DNA of 40,000 nt from Paenibacillaceae bacterium GAS479 (lineage in GTDB: Bacteria; Bacillota; Bacilli; Paenibacillales; Paenibacillaceae): the NCBI GenBank assembly GCA_900105225.1, contig LT629764.1:96098-136097 (forward strand), read 5' to 3'. Positions 16,577 through 25,504 of this stretch are shown here, in pieces. Under the pieces are notes generated by a model. The model saw only the letters and a program-made list of their open reading frames with translations. It searched no databases and was not told the DNA's origin. The position numbers and the translations under genes are program-made. Within the stretch, counting starts at the first letter, position 1. Each line of letters opens with the position of its first letter.

Positions 16577-16953
16577 CTCAAACGCCGGAAGCGCACCAAC
16601 TGCGCCTCGTAATCAAACAGCACAGAATCGACCACCGTCACGTTCGGTCGCGGCGGAGGCTGGACGCCAACCGGGGCGATCGGCTTAACCGACGTATCCC
16701 CGATAGTAGTCTCAAAAGCTTCCGGTGCTTCCGGCTTCGGGTAGATCAGCGCGGACTGCTCAGCTGTCACCGCAGCCCCCACCATCGCCGCCCAAGTATA
16801 AGCGAGCTCCAACGGTATCACGGAGATGTTGCAAAAGGTTTTGATCCCCTGCGCCACCTCTGCAACATACAGGTCGATTAGCCCATCGTGCGTGCTATCC
16901 ACCAAACCTAGCCGCTTTTTCGCCAGCTCCCGAATCTCTGCTGGATTAAGCAT
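16570..16953 (-). CDS. Head-tail connector (gp6-like / YqbG-like)
   Basis: Best start is ATG 16953, giving MLNPAEIRELAKKRLGLVDSTHDGLIDLYVAEVAQGIKTFCNISVIPLELAYTWAAMV. This is typical of Phage_connect_1-type proteins. The longer track ORF (to 17022) overlaps the upstream small ORF. Confidence 0.65.
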   Translation of the reverse strand: MLNPAEIRELAKKRLGLVDSTHDGLIDLYVAEVAQGIKTFCNISVIPLELAYTWAAMVGAAVTAEQSALIYPKPEAPEAFETTIGDTSVKPIAPVGVQPPPRPNVTVVDSVLFDYEAQLVRFRRLRW

Positions 16954-17110
16954 TGCTCTTGTCGGCAGCTTTTTTCGACTTGTCTTCCTCGAGCACGGTG
17001 ACATGAGGGGCGATGCCCTCATGCTCCGTAGCGGTCAGCTCGAACTCATCTCCGGCAATGTACCGTTTGCCGTTGTACTGGATCGGAATATCATTGACTT
17101 TTACTTTCAT
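16946..17110 (-). CDS. Hypothetical small protein (54 aa) downstream of the capsid gene
   Basis: Not in the ORF track. ATG 17110 with SD GGAGG 10 nt upstream. Translation is MKVKVNDIPIQYNGKRYIAGDEFELTATEHEGIAPHVTVLEEDKSKKAADKSNA. ATGCTTAA overlap with the next gene. Confidence 0.55.
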   Translation of the reverse strand: MKVKVNDIPIQYNGKRYIAGDEFELTATEHEGIAPHVTVLEEDKSKKAADKSNA

Positions 17111-17125
17111 GCCGGGTTCGCCTCC

Positions 17126-18145
17126 TTAAATGACCTGTGCCTGGAATACTTCATCTGCAGCCGGGAAGCTTGGCAGCGCCGTAGCGACAGCTTTGGTGTA
17201 CGTAGCTACTGGATCTTTGCCGTCCTCGTAAACCATGGCGAGCACATTTCCGACCTTGGTAACATCGATTTGCGGATCCCTTGAAAGACGAACCTCTTCA
17301 GCCGTTGGCCCATAAATTGTTTCACCCAGCGGCCCGTCAGGCATAAGTACAATTTTGTTACTAGGGAAGTAACGAAGCTGCTCATAGGAACCATCGGCTT
17401 TCTGCTTGCGGTAGACATCGTCATAGGCAGCAAGCGTCGGCAGCTCCAACTGAGTCAGGAGGGCATTGAGATCCGTACGGGTCGCCACGCGCGCCGCGTT
17501 ATTACCGAACAAAGCTCCAATGACTTTCGGATGTCGTAGGAGAGCCATCAAAACAGTACTGGATGTCAAGGCGCGCTTCGGCTTCGTCCCGAGTGTCGAA
17601 TACCAATCCAGGAGATGAGTAATAGGATCACTGGCAGGGTTAGTCCACAGGTCTGTGCCCGCAAGAACCGCCTTATGGTTTGTCGGTACACCGTACTTCA
17701 CGGTCGCGCTAAGGTTATTCTCGTCCAGCGTAACCACTCCGCTGGCCAGAGCTTCCATCCGCATGGCTTCCACGCGAGCGCGAACCCCTGCGCCCAGGAC
17801 ATCAATATCGTTAAAGACCTCTCGCATGAGATACTGCTGCTCAGCAGGCGTGCGTGGATTCTCTAGCGCAATGATGTCTTCTTCTCTCAAGGGCAACTTA
17901 CGCTTAATCAGCGCCAGCGCGAGTGCCTGCTTGCTCGCTTCCCTCGACCCGATCTCGGACTCCGTATCGAAGGCATGCACCGAGGCGATGACTGGTACTC
18001 GGCCCGCGCCCTTGATTTGATCAAACTTCAGTGACTCACGCTTCACTTCGGGGAACAGCGTTTCACCAAGATGAGCGGGATAGGTTCGGTTCTGCAAGTA
18101 GTTGAGGACTTCACTTTGATTAAATAGTTCAAGAACAGATGGCAT
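17126..18145 (-). CDS. Major capsid protein (lambda gpE / XkdG family)
   Basis: 339 aa. The N-terminus LELFNQSEVLNYLQNRTYPAHLGETLFPEVKRESLKFDQIKGAGRVPVIASVHAFDTE is characteristic of the Phage_cap_E family. Confidence 0.85.
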   Translation of the reverse strand: MPSVLELFNQSEVLNYLQNRTYPAHLGETLFPEVKRESLKFDQIKGAGRVPVIASVHAFDTESEIGSREASKQALALALIKRKLPLREEDIIALENPRTPAEQQYLMREVFNDIDVLGAGVRARVEAMRMEALASGVVTLDENNLSATVKYGVPTNHKAVLAGTDLWTNPASDPITHLLDWYSTLGTKPKRALTSSTVLMALLRHPKVIGALFGNNAARVATRTDLNALLTQLELPTLAAYDDVYRKQKADGSYEQLRYFPSNKIVLMPDGPLGETIYGPTAEEVRLSRDPQIDVTKVGNVLAMVYEDGKDPVATYTKAVATALPSFPAADEVFQAQVI

Positions 18146-18168
18146 ATGTTATCGTTCCTCCCTGGGTC

Positions 18169-18489
18169 TTATACGACCGTTTTGAATTTGATCTTACCGG
18201 CGAGTGCCGTCTTTGCCGCAGCGGCCGGAGCCACCGGTAAGCGTGCTTCAAGAATCCACGCATCGACGAGAACGGCCCCCGGCTGTGGACCGGTTGTCAC
18301 GTCGATGTCGTTCAGTAAAATGCCGATCGCCGTCGCGTCATTGGCCGGGTACACGGTTCCCGCCGGGAAGATCTTGCGACCTTTGGCATCCGGCGTCACG
18401 GCCGTGTCGCTCACCTGGTAGGTGAAACTCGTGAACTTGGAACTCGCCAGAAAGTTTACTTGCTTCACCGATTCACTTTTTACGTACAT
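18169..18489 (-). CDS. Putative head decoration / minor head protein
   Basis: 106 aa with a strong SD. Its position between the scaffold and an E-type capsid gene is where D-like decoration proteins are usually found. Confidence 0.45.
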   Translation of the reverse strand: MYVKSESVKQVNFLASSKFTSFTYQVSDTAVTPDAKGRKIFPAGTVYPANDATAIGILLNDIDVTTGPQPGAVLVDAWILEARLPVAPAAAAKTALAGKIKFKTVV

Positions 18490-18507
18490 GCTGTCACGTC
18501 TCCTCTC

Positions 18508-19125
18508 TTAGGCCCAAGGGTTATTCGCAGCAGCGGGGGCCTTGCCACTTTCATTTGCCGCTTTCGCAAAGCTGGCGCCAGCACTTACATCTCCGCCGCC
18601 TCCACTGTTCGGATTTCCGCCTTCTGGAGGCTTGGTTCCCCTGAACTTCGGCATATCGGGCTTGGCATCCGCAAACAAAAAGCCCTTGCTCTCGCGCAGG
18701 GCTTTCAGCTGATCGTCCAGGCCGCCTTTCACGCCGCCCGCATCGTCCAGTTGGATTTTCGATTTGTCCAGCAACCCTGCGACAATGTCCGGGTCATGGG
18801 CTTGTCCGGTTACAGCTAACTTGATCGCTGTCGCCAACTGCATGTCCTTGACCTGCGTCTCGTATTCTTCCTTGGCGGTTTTGTTCTCGCCCTGGAGTGT
18901 TTCGATCTGCTTTTTAAGTGCCTCGTTGTCGCCGGCGGACTTCTTCACGTCTTCCAGCTGCCCCGAAATCTTATCCCGATCCTTCTCGGCCTGCTTTTTA
19001 CTTTCATTGACCTCATCGAACCGAGCCTTCGGAACAAAGCTTTTCAGCTCGTCAGCGGATGCCGCAGCGGCTTTCGTCGCCAGATCATCGGTAAGGCCCA
19101 ATGCGATAAATTGCTCTTTGTTCAT
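18508..19125 (-). CDS. Scaffolding protein (Phage_GP20-like)
   Basis: 205 aa, highly charged coiled coil (KKQAEKDRDKISGQLEDVKK..ALKKQIETLQGENKTAKEEYE). N-terminus MNKEQFIALGLTDDLA. It lies upstream of the capsid gene. Confidence 0.8.
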   Translation of the reverse strand: MNKEQFIALGLTDDLATKAAAASADELKSFVPKARFDEVNESKKQAEKDRDKISGQLEDVKKSAGDNEALKKQIETLQGENKTAKEEYETQVKDMQLATAIKLAVTGQAHDPDIVAGLLDKSKIQLDDAGGVKGGLDDQLKALRESKGFLFADAKPDMPKFRGTKPPEGGNPNSGGGGDVSAGASFAKAANESGKAPAAANNPWA

Positions 19126-19249
19126 GTTCGGTTCCTCCGTTTCATCTTCGCTTGTTTACCCGGTCGCGTCCGGTGATGGCCTCTTATTTTACGCCGCAGG
19201 CAACGGCGAATAGGGCTCCGGCAGTCTCAGCCGCAGCCCGTTTATGGGC

Positions 19250-19285
19250 AAACAAAAAGCACCCTCGCGGTTTAAGCGGGAGTGC
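19250..19285 (-). terminator. Intrinsic terminator after the MuF-associated small ORF
   Basis: The minus strand reads GCACUCCCGC-UUAAACC-GCGAGGGUGC (10-bp stem with one mismatch and one U.G pair) followed by UUUUUGUUU. It lies directly after the TAG at 19286-19288. Confidence 0.6.
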
Positions 19286-19450
19286 CTAGTCGTTTTTATT
19301 CGGTTCGTTGGTTTTCAGGTGATCAGGAATTGGTGGTAACTGCTTCATCAGATGCTCGACAAAGTCATCGCCAGTCAACGAAAAGTCCGGGCTGAGCGGC
19401 ACGTCCTTATATTCGCGGATCGTATTTTGTGGCCGAGAAGTCTTCGCCAT
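19286..19450 (-). CDS. Hypothetical small protein (54 aa) overlapping the 3' end of the MuF gene
   Basis: ATG 19450 (SD-like GGGGTGG just upstream) gives MAKTSRPQNTIREYKDVPLSPDFSLTGDDFVEHLMKQLPPIPDHLKTNEPNKND. It ends right at a terminator. It overlaps the MuF gene by 44 nt in another frame, so coding status is uncertain. Confidence 0.35.
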   Translation of the reverse strand: MAKTSRPQNTIREYKDVPLSPDFSLTGDDFVEHLMKQLPPIPDHLKTNEPNKND

Positions 19451-21164
19451 AAGTCCACCCCATTTCATCGGCAAGGCTCAAGAGTACCTGATAGTCAAAG
19501 TATTCGAGCTGCGCTGTTTTTGACATTGTAGCATACTTTTTATCTTTCCGTAAGCGGTCCTCTACATCAAGGAAGATTTGCCGTAATCGGCTCCTTAATG
19601 CGACTCCGTCAACCGCTGACGATCCAGCAGAGATAAAGCTGACGCCTCCATTGTGCCCAACCGCCATGACAACTTTAATTGCCGGGTAATCGCCCATATT
19701 GATGGAGTCCATGACGTTAACGCGCGTTCCGCCTGGATGGTTGTGGGTAAGGATGACGGACCGTGGTGGTGCCGCTCTAAGCACGGCGTCCATCTCGGCG
19801 GTGAACTTGACCGCGTTAACCGAGCCCGAGAGGCGAGAGATTTCACTACCCGACTCCCGGTCCACGACAACAAGCGTCTCACGCGCCTCTTTATAGCCTG
19901 TCCGTGCAATCTCTCGGTTGATCTCAGCAAGCTCCTCCAGAACGTCCTCGCCGACATCAGGCAGATAGGCGTAGTAGGTGGCCCTTGGGTTGAAACGGCG
20001 GTTGACGCCGCTGCCCGGTTCCTCCACCGCTCCGGCGGACTCGAAGTCCTCTATCGTTGGTAGTCGACTTTGAATTCGGCCTGATTCGATGGGCGGCACG
20101 GCGACGCCTGTAGATCCGGCGGTCGGCTCCATGTCGATGCCTTGGCGTTTGGCCCACTCGGGATACTTCATTGTGCTCGGCACCTTATACACGCTGCCGT
20201 CATCGTCACGAGCAAGACGCTTGCCCAGATCAGTAATACCGGTGTTATCGAACTCCGCTACCGTCGTCGTGCGGCAGTGGGAGTGGAACGGCGGATACGT
20301 TTCTCCAACTCGCATATCCTCCAGGTTGAACACCTGACCGTCCATGTCCTGGCAGATGTCACTTGTACTACGGTCGAGTGTGGCCACAATCTTGTATGCT
20401 TTGATCACTTTGCTTTTCTTGTAGCCATCCATGGTAGCCTGCCCCGCGAAAAAGGCGCTCTCCGTTTGGACGAGTCGGCGTGCATTGGAGAGCGACACGT
20501 CCATGCGTTTGGCAACGTCAGATGACAGGCGCTCCAGCGGCTCCCCGCGGATGAATGCCTGCGACATCTTAGTCCGTAGCTCCTGCATCAGCTTATCCCG
20601 ATCGCCCCATATGCGCTTGCTCCAGTTGGATCCAGCAAACTCCGTCCCGAGTACCGTCTCAAGTCCCGGCTTGTTGATCCGGGCGAAGCTGATCCCGATG
20701 CCGAGCCCGCGCTGCAGCTCATATCCGGTTTTGTAATACGTATCCTCGTAGATGTCGCCCAGCAACTTGCCTGTGCCAGCCTGGCGGCTACCAGCCAGTA
20801 CCTCGACTTCTTGCCGCACTTGCAGCTCCAGCGCCTCCAAGCGGGAAACGCGGGCTTTGAACGAGGCGCGGTTAAGTTCCTGCGTCCATTTCCCGTCCGT
20901 GTTGGCTTTTGCCTTGGCCGTAAACTCCTCAAGCGTCATCCGATGCGCGGTTAGCTCTTTGCCGGTTAGCTGCTTGCGGGCGTCAGCTAGGCTGATTCCA
21001 TCGTTCGTGGCATAGCGGCCATAAAAGGCGGCAAGCCGTTCCTTGATGCGGTCCAGCGCATGTGTGTATTCGCGGAGCATGACGTTTTCATAGGCATCGG
21101 CTTTCTTAAACGCCGCTTCGGATACCTCGGCGGATCGATGCTCCCAATAGCTGGCCGGCTTCAT
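19407..21164 (-). CDS. Head morphogenesis / minor capsid protein (SPP1 gp7 / Mu F family) fused to a C-terminal RadC-like JAB/MPN domain
   Basis: 585 aa. The MuF signature is YKIVATLDRSTSDICQDMDGQVFNLEDMRVGETYPPFHSHCRTTTV (to about residue 310). After a linker comes LVVVDRESGSEISRLSGSVNAVKFTAEMDAVLRAAPPRSVILTHNHPGGTRVNVMDS..VGHNGGVSF, which parallels RadC (..AVILAHNHPSG...PS..D..LDH..vSF). Confidence 0.8.
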   Translation of the reverse strand: MKPASYWEHRSAEVSEAAFKKADAYENVMLREYTHALDRIKERLAAFYGRYATNDGISLADARKQLTGKELTAHRMTLEEFTAKAKANTDGKWTQELNRASFKARVSRLEALELQVRQEVEVLAGSRQAGTGKLLGDIYEDTYYKTGYELQRGLGIGISFARINKPGLETVLGTEFAGSNWSKRIWGDRDKLMQELRTKMSQAFIRGEPLERLSSDVAKRMDVSLSNARRLVQTESAFFAGQATMDGYKKSKVIKAYKIVATLDRSTSDICQDMDGQVFNLEDMRVGETYPPFHSHCRTTTVAEFDNTGITDLGKRLARDDDGSVYKVPSTMKYPEWAKRQGIDMEPTAGSTGVAVPPIESGRIQSRLPTIEDFESAGAVEEPGSGVNRRFNPRATYYAYLPDVGEDVLEELAEINREIARTGYKEARETLVVVDRESGSEISRLSGSVNAVKFTAEMDAVLRAAPPRSVILTHNHPGGTRVNVMDSINMGDYPAIKVVMAVGHNGGVSFISAGSSAVDGVALRSRLRQIFLDVEDRLRKDKKYATMSKTAQLEYFDYQVLLSLADEMGWTYGEDFSATKYDPRI

Positions 21165-21361
21165 TCTTCATCCGGCCCCTCTGCCGGTGCTATGAAGCCA
21201 ATCACATCTGTTAATCTGCCTTCCTCCAAGCCGAGTGCATCGACAAGGCGGGCAATCGGCTCCACCTGATCAGCCGTGATAATTCCAGCGTTTGCTTCCA
21301 CCCGAGAGCACATCGATTCGATCAGCCCGTTAATCCGGCGTGCTGCTTGCTTACTGAGCAT
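21161..21361 (-). CDS. Hypothetical protein (66 aa) between the portal and MuF genes
   Basis: ATG 21361 overlaps the end of the portal gene. ATGA overlap with the MuF start. The longer track ORF (to 21424) would overlap the portal gene. Confidence 0.5.
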   Translation of the reverse strand: MLSKQAARRINGLIESMCSRVEANAGIITADQVEPIARLVDALGLEEGRLTDVIGFIAPAEGPDEE

Positions 21362-22811
21362 TCGGTTCACCCCCGGTTGGCGGTTGCGTATATGGATCCG
21401 CACCCAGGCCCGCGCCCGCTTCATCCTCCAGACGCTGCATCTCGTCTTTTACATCCGTTGTCCATGGATGATTAGCGATGATGGTTTCTTGGGATATGAT
21501 ACCGGCGCTCGATTTAGCGTTGGTGACTGCCTCAGTCTCATTGATAGGGATGTCGCGATTAAAAATCAGGTCGACGTTCGCGTCGCTGAAATCTGCTCCC
21601 GTAACGTTTGCCAGGTGCTGATCCACGAACCACAGCAGCTGCTCGAACGCCGCTTGGAACTCGTTCTCCATATCGTTTGCGTCGAGATCCAAGTCGCCGA
21701 AGAGGAACCGCAGTGCAATTCCCGACGGGCTGCTGCCGAGCTTGTCCGATTGTGTGTCTACGCCACGTCCAAACTCGTAGATAGCCTTGCGGAGCGCATC
21801 CATGTGCTTTTCAAAAGCTTCGCTGTCCAGGTTCGTCTCCAGCGTTGTGACCGATGCCGGATAATCCTTGGAGCCGGCTAGCTTGATTGCACGGTAGGTC
21901 GACAGGTTACGCCTGAACTCTCCCATATCTTGCCCGTCAAGGTTGTCCAGCACGTAGATGCTGTTTGGCGTGTCCTCGATGACGTTGCTGTTGTCCGAGC
22001 GCTTGCGGTCGTAGTCGTCAATGAGCGAGCGGATCATGACGATCAGCGGCAGCTCGTCGTCGTTGTACTTAAAACAGATCCACGGGATTCGCTCCCAGTT
22101 CAGGCCGCTCTCCGCACCATCTCCGTCGACAACAGCGAAATGCGCTCTCGGCGCGTCGGTATCCGGTACGAGCCCGGCGCGCCCAGGGCCATCCATTGTG
22201 AAATGCTGAACGCCCTTCGAGTCCCAATACTCCACTTTGGATACGACGTGTTTAGTCCTGCCCTCGTAGTAGTCCACCTCGTACACGCGGATGAGCGCGT
22301 CGAGCTCGGTGTGCGCGGCGTCACGCCAGAGCGGGATAACCTCCTGCGCCGGGATCCGTTTAAACGACAACCGCCCGGTATCATCGTAGTAAACCTGCAG
22401 CCAAGCTTTACCGTTGATAACCGCATCTTTACCCAAGTTTTTCAGGAGCCGCCAGAACTCCTTGCCGATGACGTCCGTCAGCTGCTCGGCGTAAGCATCG
22501 TTGTCCGTCTGCAGCGAGGGCTGCTTGCCCAGAAGATAGTTGGCCTTTTGGTCAACGAGCTTGCGGACATATCCGTGAACGAGCTTGTTGTCGGCCATGT
22601 TAGCCGCAGCCACTTGCCTGCCGCCCTCGCCGATAATAGTGCGGTTTCGCAGGAGGATGTCATGCTTCATGCGGTAGTACCGCTGACCGTCCAGCATATC
22701 CCTGCGTTGCACGGAGCGGCGCCAGTCCGAAATCTCCTGCTCGATGATCTGCTGCAGCGTCATCGGTGCGGCTGACTCGATAATCTCCGTGATGGTTTTC
22801 ATATCCGTCAT
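21351..22811 (-). CDS. Portal protein (SPP1 gp6 family)
   Basis: Best start is ATG 22811 (SD GAGGTGAG). Pattern RRDMLDGQRYYRMKHDIL..ADNKLVHGYVRKLVDQKANYLLGKQPS is typical of SPP1-type portals. Confidence 0.85.
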   Translation of the reverse strand: MTDMKTITEIIESAAPMTLQQIIEQEISDWRRSVQRRDMLDGQRYYRMKHDILLRNRTIIGEGGRQVAAANMADNKLVHGYVRKLVDQKANYLLGKQPSLQTDNDAYAEQLTDVIGKEFWRLLKNLGKDAVINGKAWLQVYYDDTGRLSFKRIPAQEVIPLWRDAAHTELDALIRVYEVDYYEGRTKHVVSKVEYWDSKGVQHFTMDGPGRAGLVPDTDAPRAHFAVVDGDGAESGLNWERIPWICFKYNDDELPLIVMIRSLIDDYDRKRSDNSNVIEDTPNSIYVLDNLDGQDMGEFRRNLSTYRAIKLAGSKDYPASVTTLETNLDSEAFEKHMDALRKAIYEFGRGVDTQSDKLGSSPSGIALRFLFGDLDLDANDMENEFQAAFEQLLWFVDQHLANVTGADFSDANVDLIFNRDIPINETEAVTNAKSSAGIISQETIIANHPWTTDVKDEMQRLEDEAGAGLGADPYTQPPTGGEPNAQ

Positions 22812-22824
22812 TGTCTCACCTCGC

Positions 22825-24069
22825 TTATGTGAAGGATGCGTTTCCGCCGCGGCGGATCTGCTCCGCTGCATACCGCAGCGCATCCAAAATGTGATTGAAG
22901 TCGTCGATTGGCTGGTTTAAAAATTTCCCGGCCTTGTTTTTTTCCCATACGTAACTGGAAAGCTCCACGCTCGTATTCGGGCAGCGGTGCTTGTGGACGA
23001 TGAACTCGAATCCTTGAAGGAATTGAATGCCCACCTTCACGCTGTCCGGGCCTTTCTCCGCGCCACGGATCCGGTCGATGCCTTTGCGGCGGATCTCGTC
23101 GATGGACTTCGGCTCGCTGGAATCTGCGACGATGCGCTCCTTCGCATATCCCTTGCTCTTGATCATCTCGGCTATGTCCTCGTTGCGCATGCCGTGCTCG
23201 TAATGCTCGTCGAAGATATACAACTTCTTCGCTGCCACATTGATAAGCGCGGCCACAAAACCCGACGGATCGTTCGTATAGCCGAAGTCTAGCCCGAAGA
23301 TGGCTTTGTATCCGGCCTGCTTGGCGATGGCCGTCCAGTCAAATTCCTCTTCGCTCCAATTTTCATACACGGCACCTTCCGCGATACCCCAATCCCCATC
23401 GCCTTCGACGCGGTGCCGCTTGGGCTTGTGTTTCTTCATCCACGCGAACAAAGCGCGATCATCGTCACCCAGGAACTCGTTGTTCCGGTAGTTCGTCGTG
23501 ATCGCCAAGATATTCGGATCCTTAACGTCGAAGAAGCGGCGCTTCAACCAATGGGCTTCGTTCCACGGGTTAAACGTGATTGTCAGCTGCTTGTAATAAC
23601 CCTCCGGCAGCTCACCGCGGATCGACATGTCCACTTTGTCAAAGTCGTCCTCGTTGAGGATCTGATAGGCTTCCTCGAACCATGCCCAGCACAAATAGCC
23701 CGTATCAACCGTTATCGACGTAATCGACATCGGATCGTCCAGGCCACGGAACAGGATTTTTTGTCCTGTGGGCTTGTAGATTGCCTCCAGCGGGCTTTTC
23801 TTGAATTGCCATAGCTTCCCTACGCCTAGCTGATTTGCCGCCCATTTGAGCTGAGCCCAGGTGCTGTCCTTGTGCGTGTTGAATGTCTTGCGGACAACAA
23901 GCGTATTGGCAAGAGGCATTTTCATCATGCCATGAATGAGTGACAGCGCCGCCGTGACACTCTTTTTACTACCGCGACCGCCCTTTACAACGCGGTACCG
24001 ACCCCGGAAGCGCCAGAACTCCGCATACCCTTTGCCGATGATCGCCTGCAAGCTCACCCGCTTACTCAT
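22825..24069 (-). CDS. terL: Terminase large subunit (PBSX/XtmB family)
   Basis: Walker A region [18 protein letters not shown]. The C-terminal nuclease region has ..[20 protein letters not shown]... ATG 24069 overlaps the terS stop (ATGAGTAA). The track ORF extends to TTG 24084. Confidence 0.9.
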   Translation of the reverse strand: MSKRVSLQAIIGKGYAEFWRFRGRYRVVKGGRGSKKSVTAALSLIHGMMKMPLANTLVVRKTFNTHKDSTWAQLKWAANQLGVGKLWQFKKSPLEAIYKPTGQKILFRGLDDPMSITSITVDTGYLCWAWFEEAYQILNEDDFDKVDMSIRGELPEGYYKQLTITFNPWNEAHWLKRRFFDVKDPNILAITTNYRNNEFLGDDDRALFAWMKKHKPKRHRVEGDGDWGIAEGAVYENWSEEEFDWTAIAKQAGYKAIFGLDFGYTNDPSGFVAALINVAAKKLYIFDEHYEHGMRNEDIAEMIKSKGYAKERIVADSSEPKSIDEIRRKGIDRIRGAEKGPDSVKVGIQFLQGFEFIVHKHRCPNTSVELSSYVWEKNKAGKFLNQPIDDFNHILDALRYAAEQIRRGGNASFT

Positions 24070-24748
24070 GGACATCATCCACAAATACGACTTGCTCTTG
24101 CTGAGCCTGCGCGTTTATCGCGGCAACCTCGCCCTTGAGTTTATCCAGGCGTAGCTGCTGCTCCTCATCGGCCATTCCGACGCGGCACATCTCCTCGTAT
24201 TGCTTGATCAGATTCTGTAGCGTAGCCATGGCTCGGCTCTGAGCCTGTAAGAACGTCGCTTGCTTATCCCAAGCATGCTGGACTTCCCATTTCTCCCCGT
24301 AGGATACGCCCCCTTTTTCCTCGACACGCTCAATTGTCTTGTCATCTCGATCAACAACATACATAATCCGTTGCGCCCGAATGATGGCGGTGTACTGGAT
24401 CATGATGTTGTCCCAGAGAATGTCGATCGGCGCCCGAGTCTGCAGCTCCTCCATGATCTCCAGCGATTCAGGAGGGAGGAACTTTTGGAAGAAGCCATGC
24501 GAGACGGCGTTCTTGTTCCGGGCGGGAGCGCCGCCGCTGTTGCCGACAGCGTGCTTGTTGCCCTTTGGCGCACCTCGTTTTCTTGGGTGCACCTCTTCTT
24601 GAACGGGTGCACCCTTTTTCCGCTCCCAGCCATGGCGCTTCTTCCAAGACTTGACCGTGTTAAGCGATACGCCGTGCTTGGCAGCAATATCTTTATATTT
24701 CATGCCGGCGGCATAATCCCGCGCGGCGATTTTAGACGTTTCAGTCAT
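24062..24748 (-). CDS. terS: Terminase small subunit (HTH type)
   Basis: 228 aa. N-terminal [36 protein letters not shown], then [29 protein letters not shown], as in Firmicute phage small terminases. It lies immediately upstream of terL. Confidence 0.8.
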   Translation of the reverse strand: MTETSKIAARDYAAGMKYKDIAAKHGVSLNTVKSWKKRHGWERKKGAPVQEEVHPRKRGAPKGNKHAVGNSGGAPARNKNAVSHGFFQKFLPPESLEIMEELQTRAPIDILWDNIMIQYTAIIRAQRIMYVVDRDDKTIERVEEKGGVSYGEKWEVQHAWDKQATFLQAQSRAMATLQNLIKQYEEMCRVGMADEEQQLRLDKLKGEVAAINAQAQQEQVVFVDDVHE

Positions 24749-24787
24749 CTACACGCTCACCACCCCCGAAATTTTGAGTTGTTTTGC

Positions 24788-25099
24788 TCAATATGCCATG
24801 TGATTAAGATCAATCAAGTCGTTGTGCCGTACTGCCCACTTGAGCGCTGCTGGCAGGTGCATCGTCGTTTTGCCGTAGCAGGTAACCAGCAGAATCCCCT
24901 GTCGCACGGGCCTGTATGCCCACCATACCCGGTTGATCTCGATGTAATTGCCGTCCATGTATCCGGTAAGGCCCTCTCGCTGATAGCGCCTTATCACTCG
25001 GTTGAGCTGTAGCCAACTCAGTTGCTCGCCGACGCGGATCTGATACTGCTCATGCGCGTGATTGCTTACAAACAGCTTGGCGCTGTCTCCTAGTCTCAT
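24788..25099 (-). CDS. Hypothetical protein (103 aa)
   Basis: ATG 25099 with strong SD GAGGAGGAAGGGG. No recognisable motif. First gene after the second late-leader terminator. Confidence 0.6.
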   Translation of the reverse strand: MRLGDSAKLFVSNHAHEQYQIRVGEQLSWLQLNRVIRRYQREGLTGYMDGNYIEINRVWWAYRPVRQGILLVTCYGKTTMHLPAALKWAVRHNDLIDLNHMAY

Positions 25100-25119
25100 G
25101 TCCCCTTCCTCCTCGCGAT

Positions 25120-25147
25120 AAAAAAGCAAAAAGCGCCCGGAGGCGCT
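25120..25147 (-). terminator. Intrinsic terminator (second of two in the late leader)
   Basis: The minus strand reads AGCGCC-UCCG-GGCGCU (6-bp GC-rich stem, UNCG-type tetraloop) followed by UUUUGCUUUUU. It overlaps the stop codon of the 68-aa ORF. Confidence 0.6.
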
Positions 25148-25352
25148 ACTCGTTACGTGCTATAGCTGCATTGGCCCACATGACCGCTTGCTCCAGGTTA
25201 GTCATGGCCAGCGCCTTTTCTCGGCTGTTCGGACAAAGCCCATCGATCAGATACGCCAGCTCTTTTGCGTTACTTCTCAGTTCTTCGTACTTGGCCGGCT
25301 GGCCCTCTTTTGGTGCGTGGTAGCGGAAATTGTTTTCAATCTGCTCGTTCAT
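25146..25352 (-). CDS. Small helical phage protein (68 aa) of a widespread family with motif YH.P....Y..lR....eLa..I...CP.SREK.LAmT.LE.AVMWANAAIAR
   Basis: ATG 25352 with SD GGAGGG 8 nt upstream gives MNEQIENNFRYHAPKEGQPAKYEELRSNAKELAYLIDGLCPNSREKALAMTNLEQAVMWANAAIARNE. It is bracketed by two terminators. Confidence 0.7.
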   Translation of the reverse strand: MNEQIENNFRYHAPKEGQPAKYEELRSNAKELAYLIDGLCPNSREKALAMTNLEQAVMWANAAIARNE

Positions 25353-25374
25353 ATCGAAAATCCCTCCGTTGACA

Positions 25375-25406
25375 TAAAAATAGCCGTCCATATGGGGTGG
25401 ACGGCT
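25375..25406 (-). terminator. Intrinsic terminator (first of two in the late leader)
   Basis: The minus strand reads AGCCGUCCA-CCCCAUA-UGGACGGCU (perfect 9-bp stem) followed by AUUUUUAU. It lies about 65 nt downstream of the candidate late promoter and immediately upstream of the SD of the 68-aa ORF. Confidence 0.75.
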
Positions 25407-25476
25407 TGCCTCTACACATGGGTTTTGTCTAAATCATAAGACATCACCCCGCCTATTACTTTTGTGGCACAATATC

Positions 25477-25485
25477 ATTTTAGCA
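25477..25485 (-). promoter_or_regulatory. Candidate late promoter: extended -10 (TGcTAAAAT) with no -35 match
   Basis: The minus strand reads ..cccgTGcTAAAATgatatt. No TTGACA-like hexamer occurs at 16-18 nt, so the upstream space is taken by the 11-bp repeats. The only intergenic gap between the regulator and the late genes. Confidence 0.45.
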
Positions 25486-25504
25486 CGGGTTGACAGGGCT
25501 TTTG

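Noticed and set aside
25406-25470. Antiterminator alternative pairing in the late leader (leader GGGGUG with CACCCC in the loop and left arm of the first terminator)
   Set aside because: Only about 6 nt are complementary. That is too short to claim a riboswitch-like or attenuator mechanism without folding calculations or conservation data.
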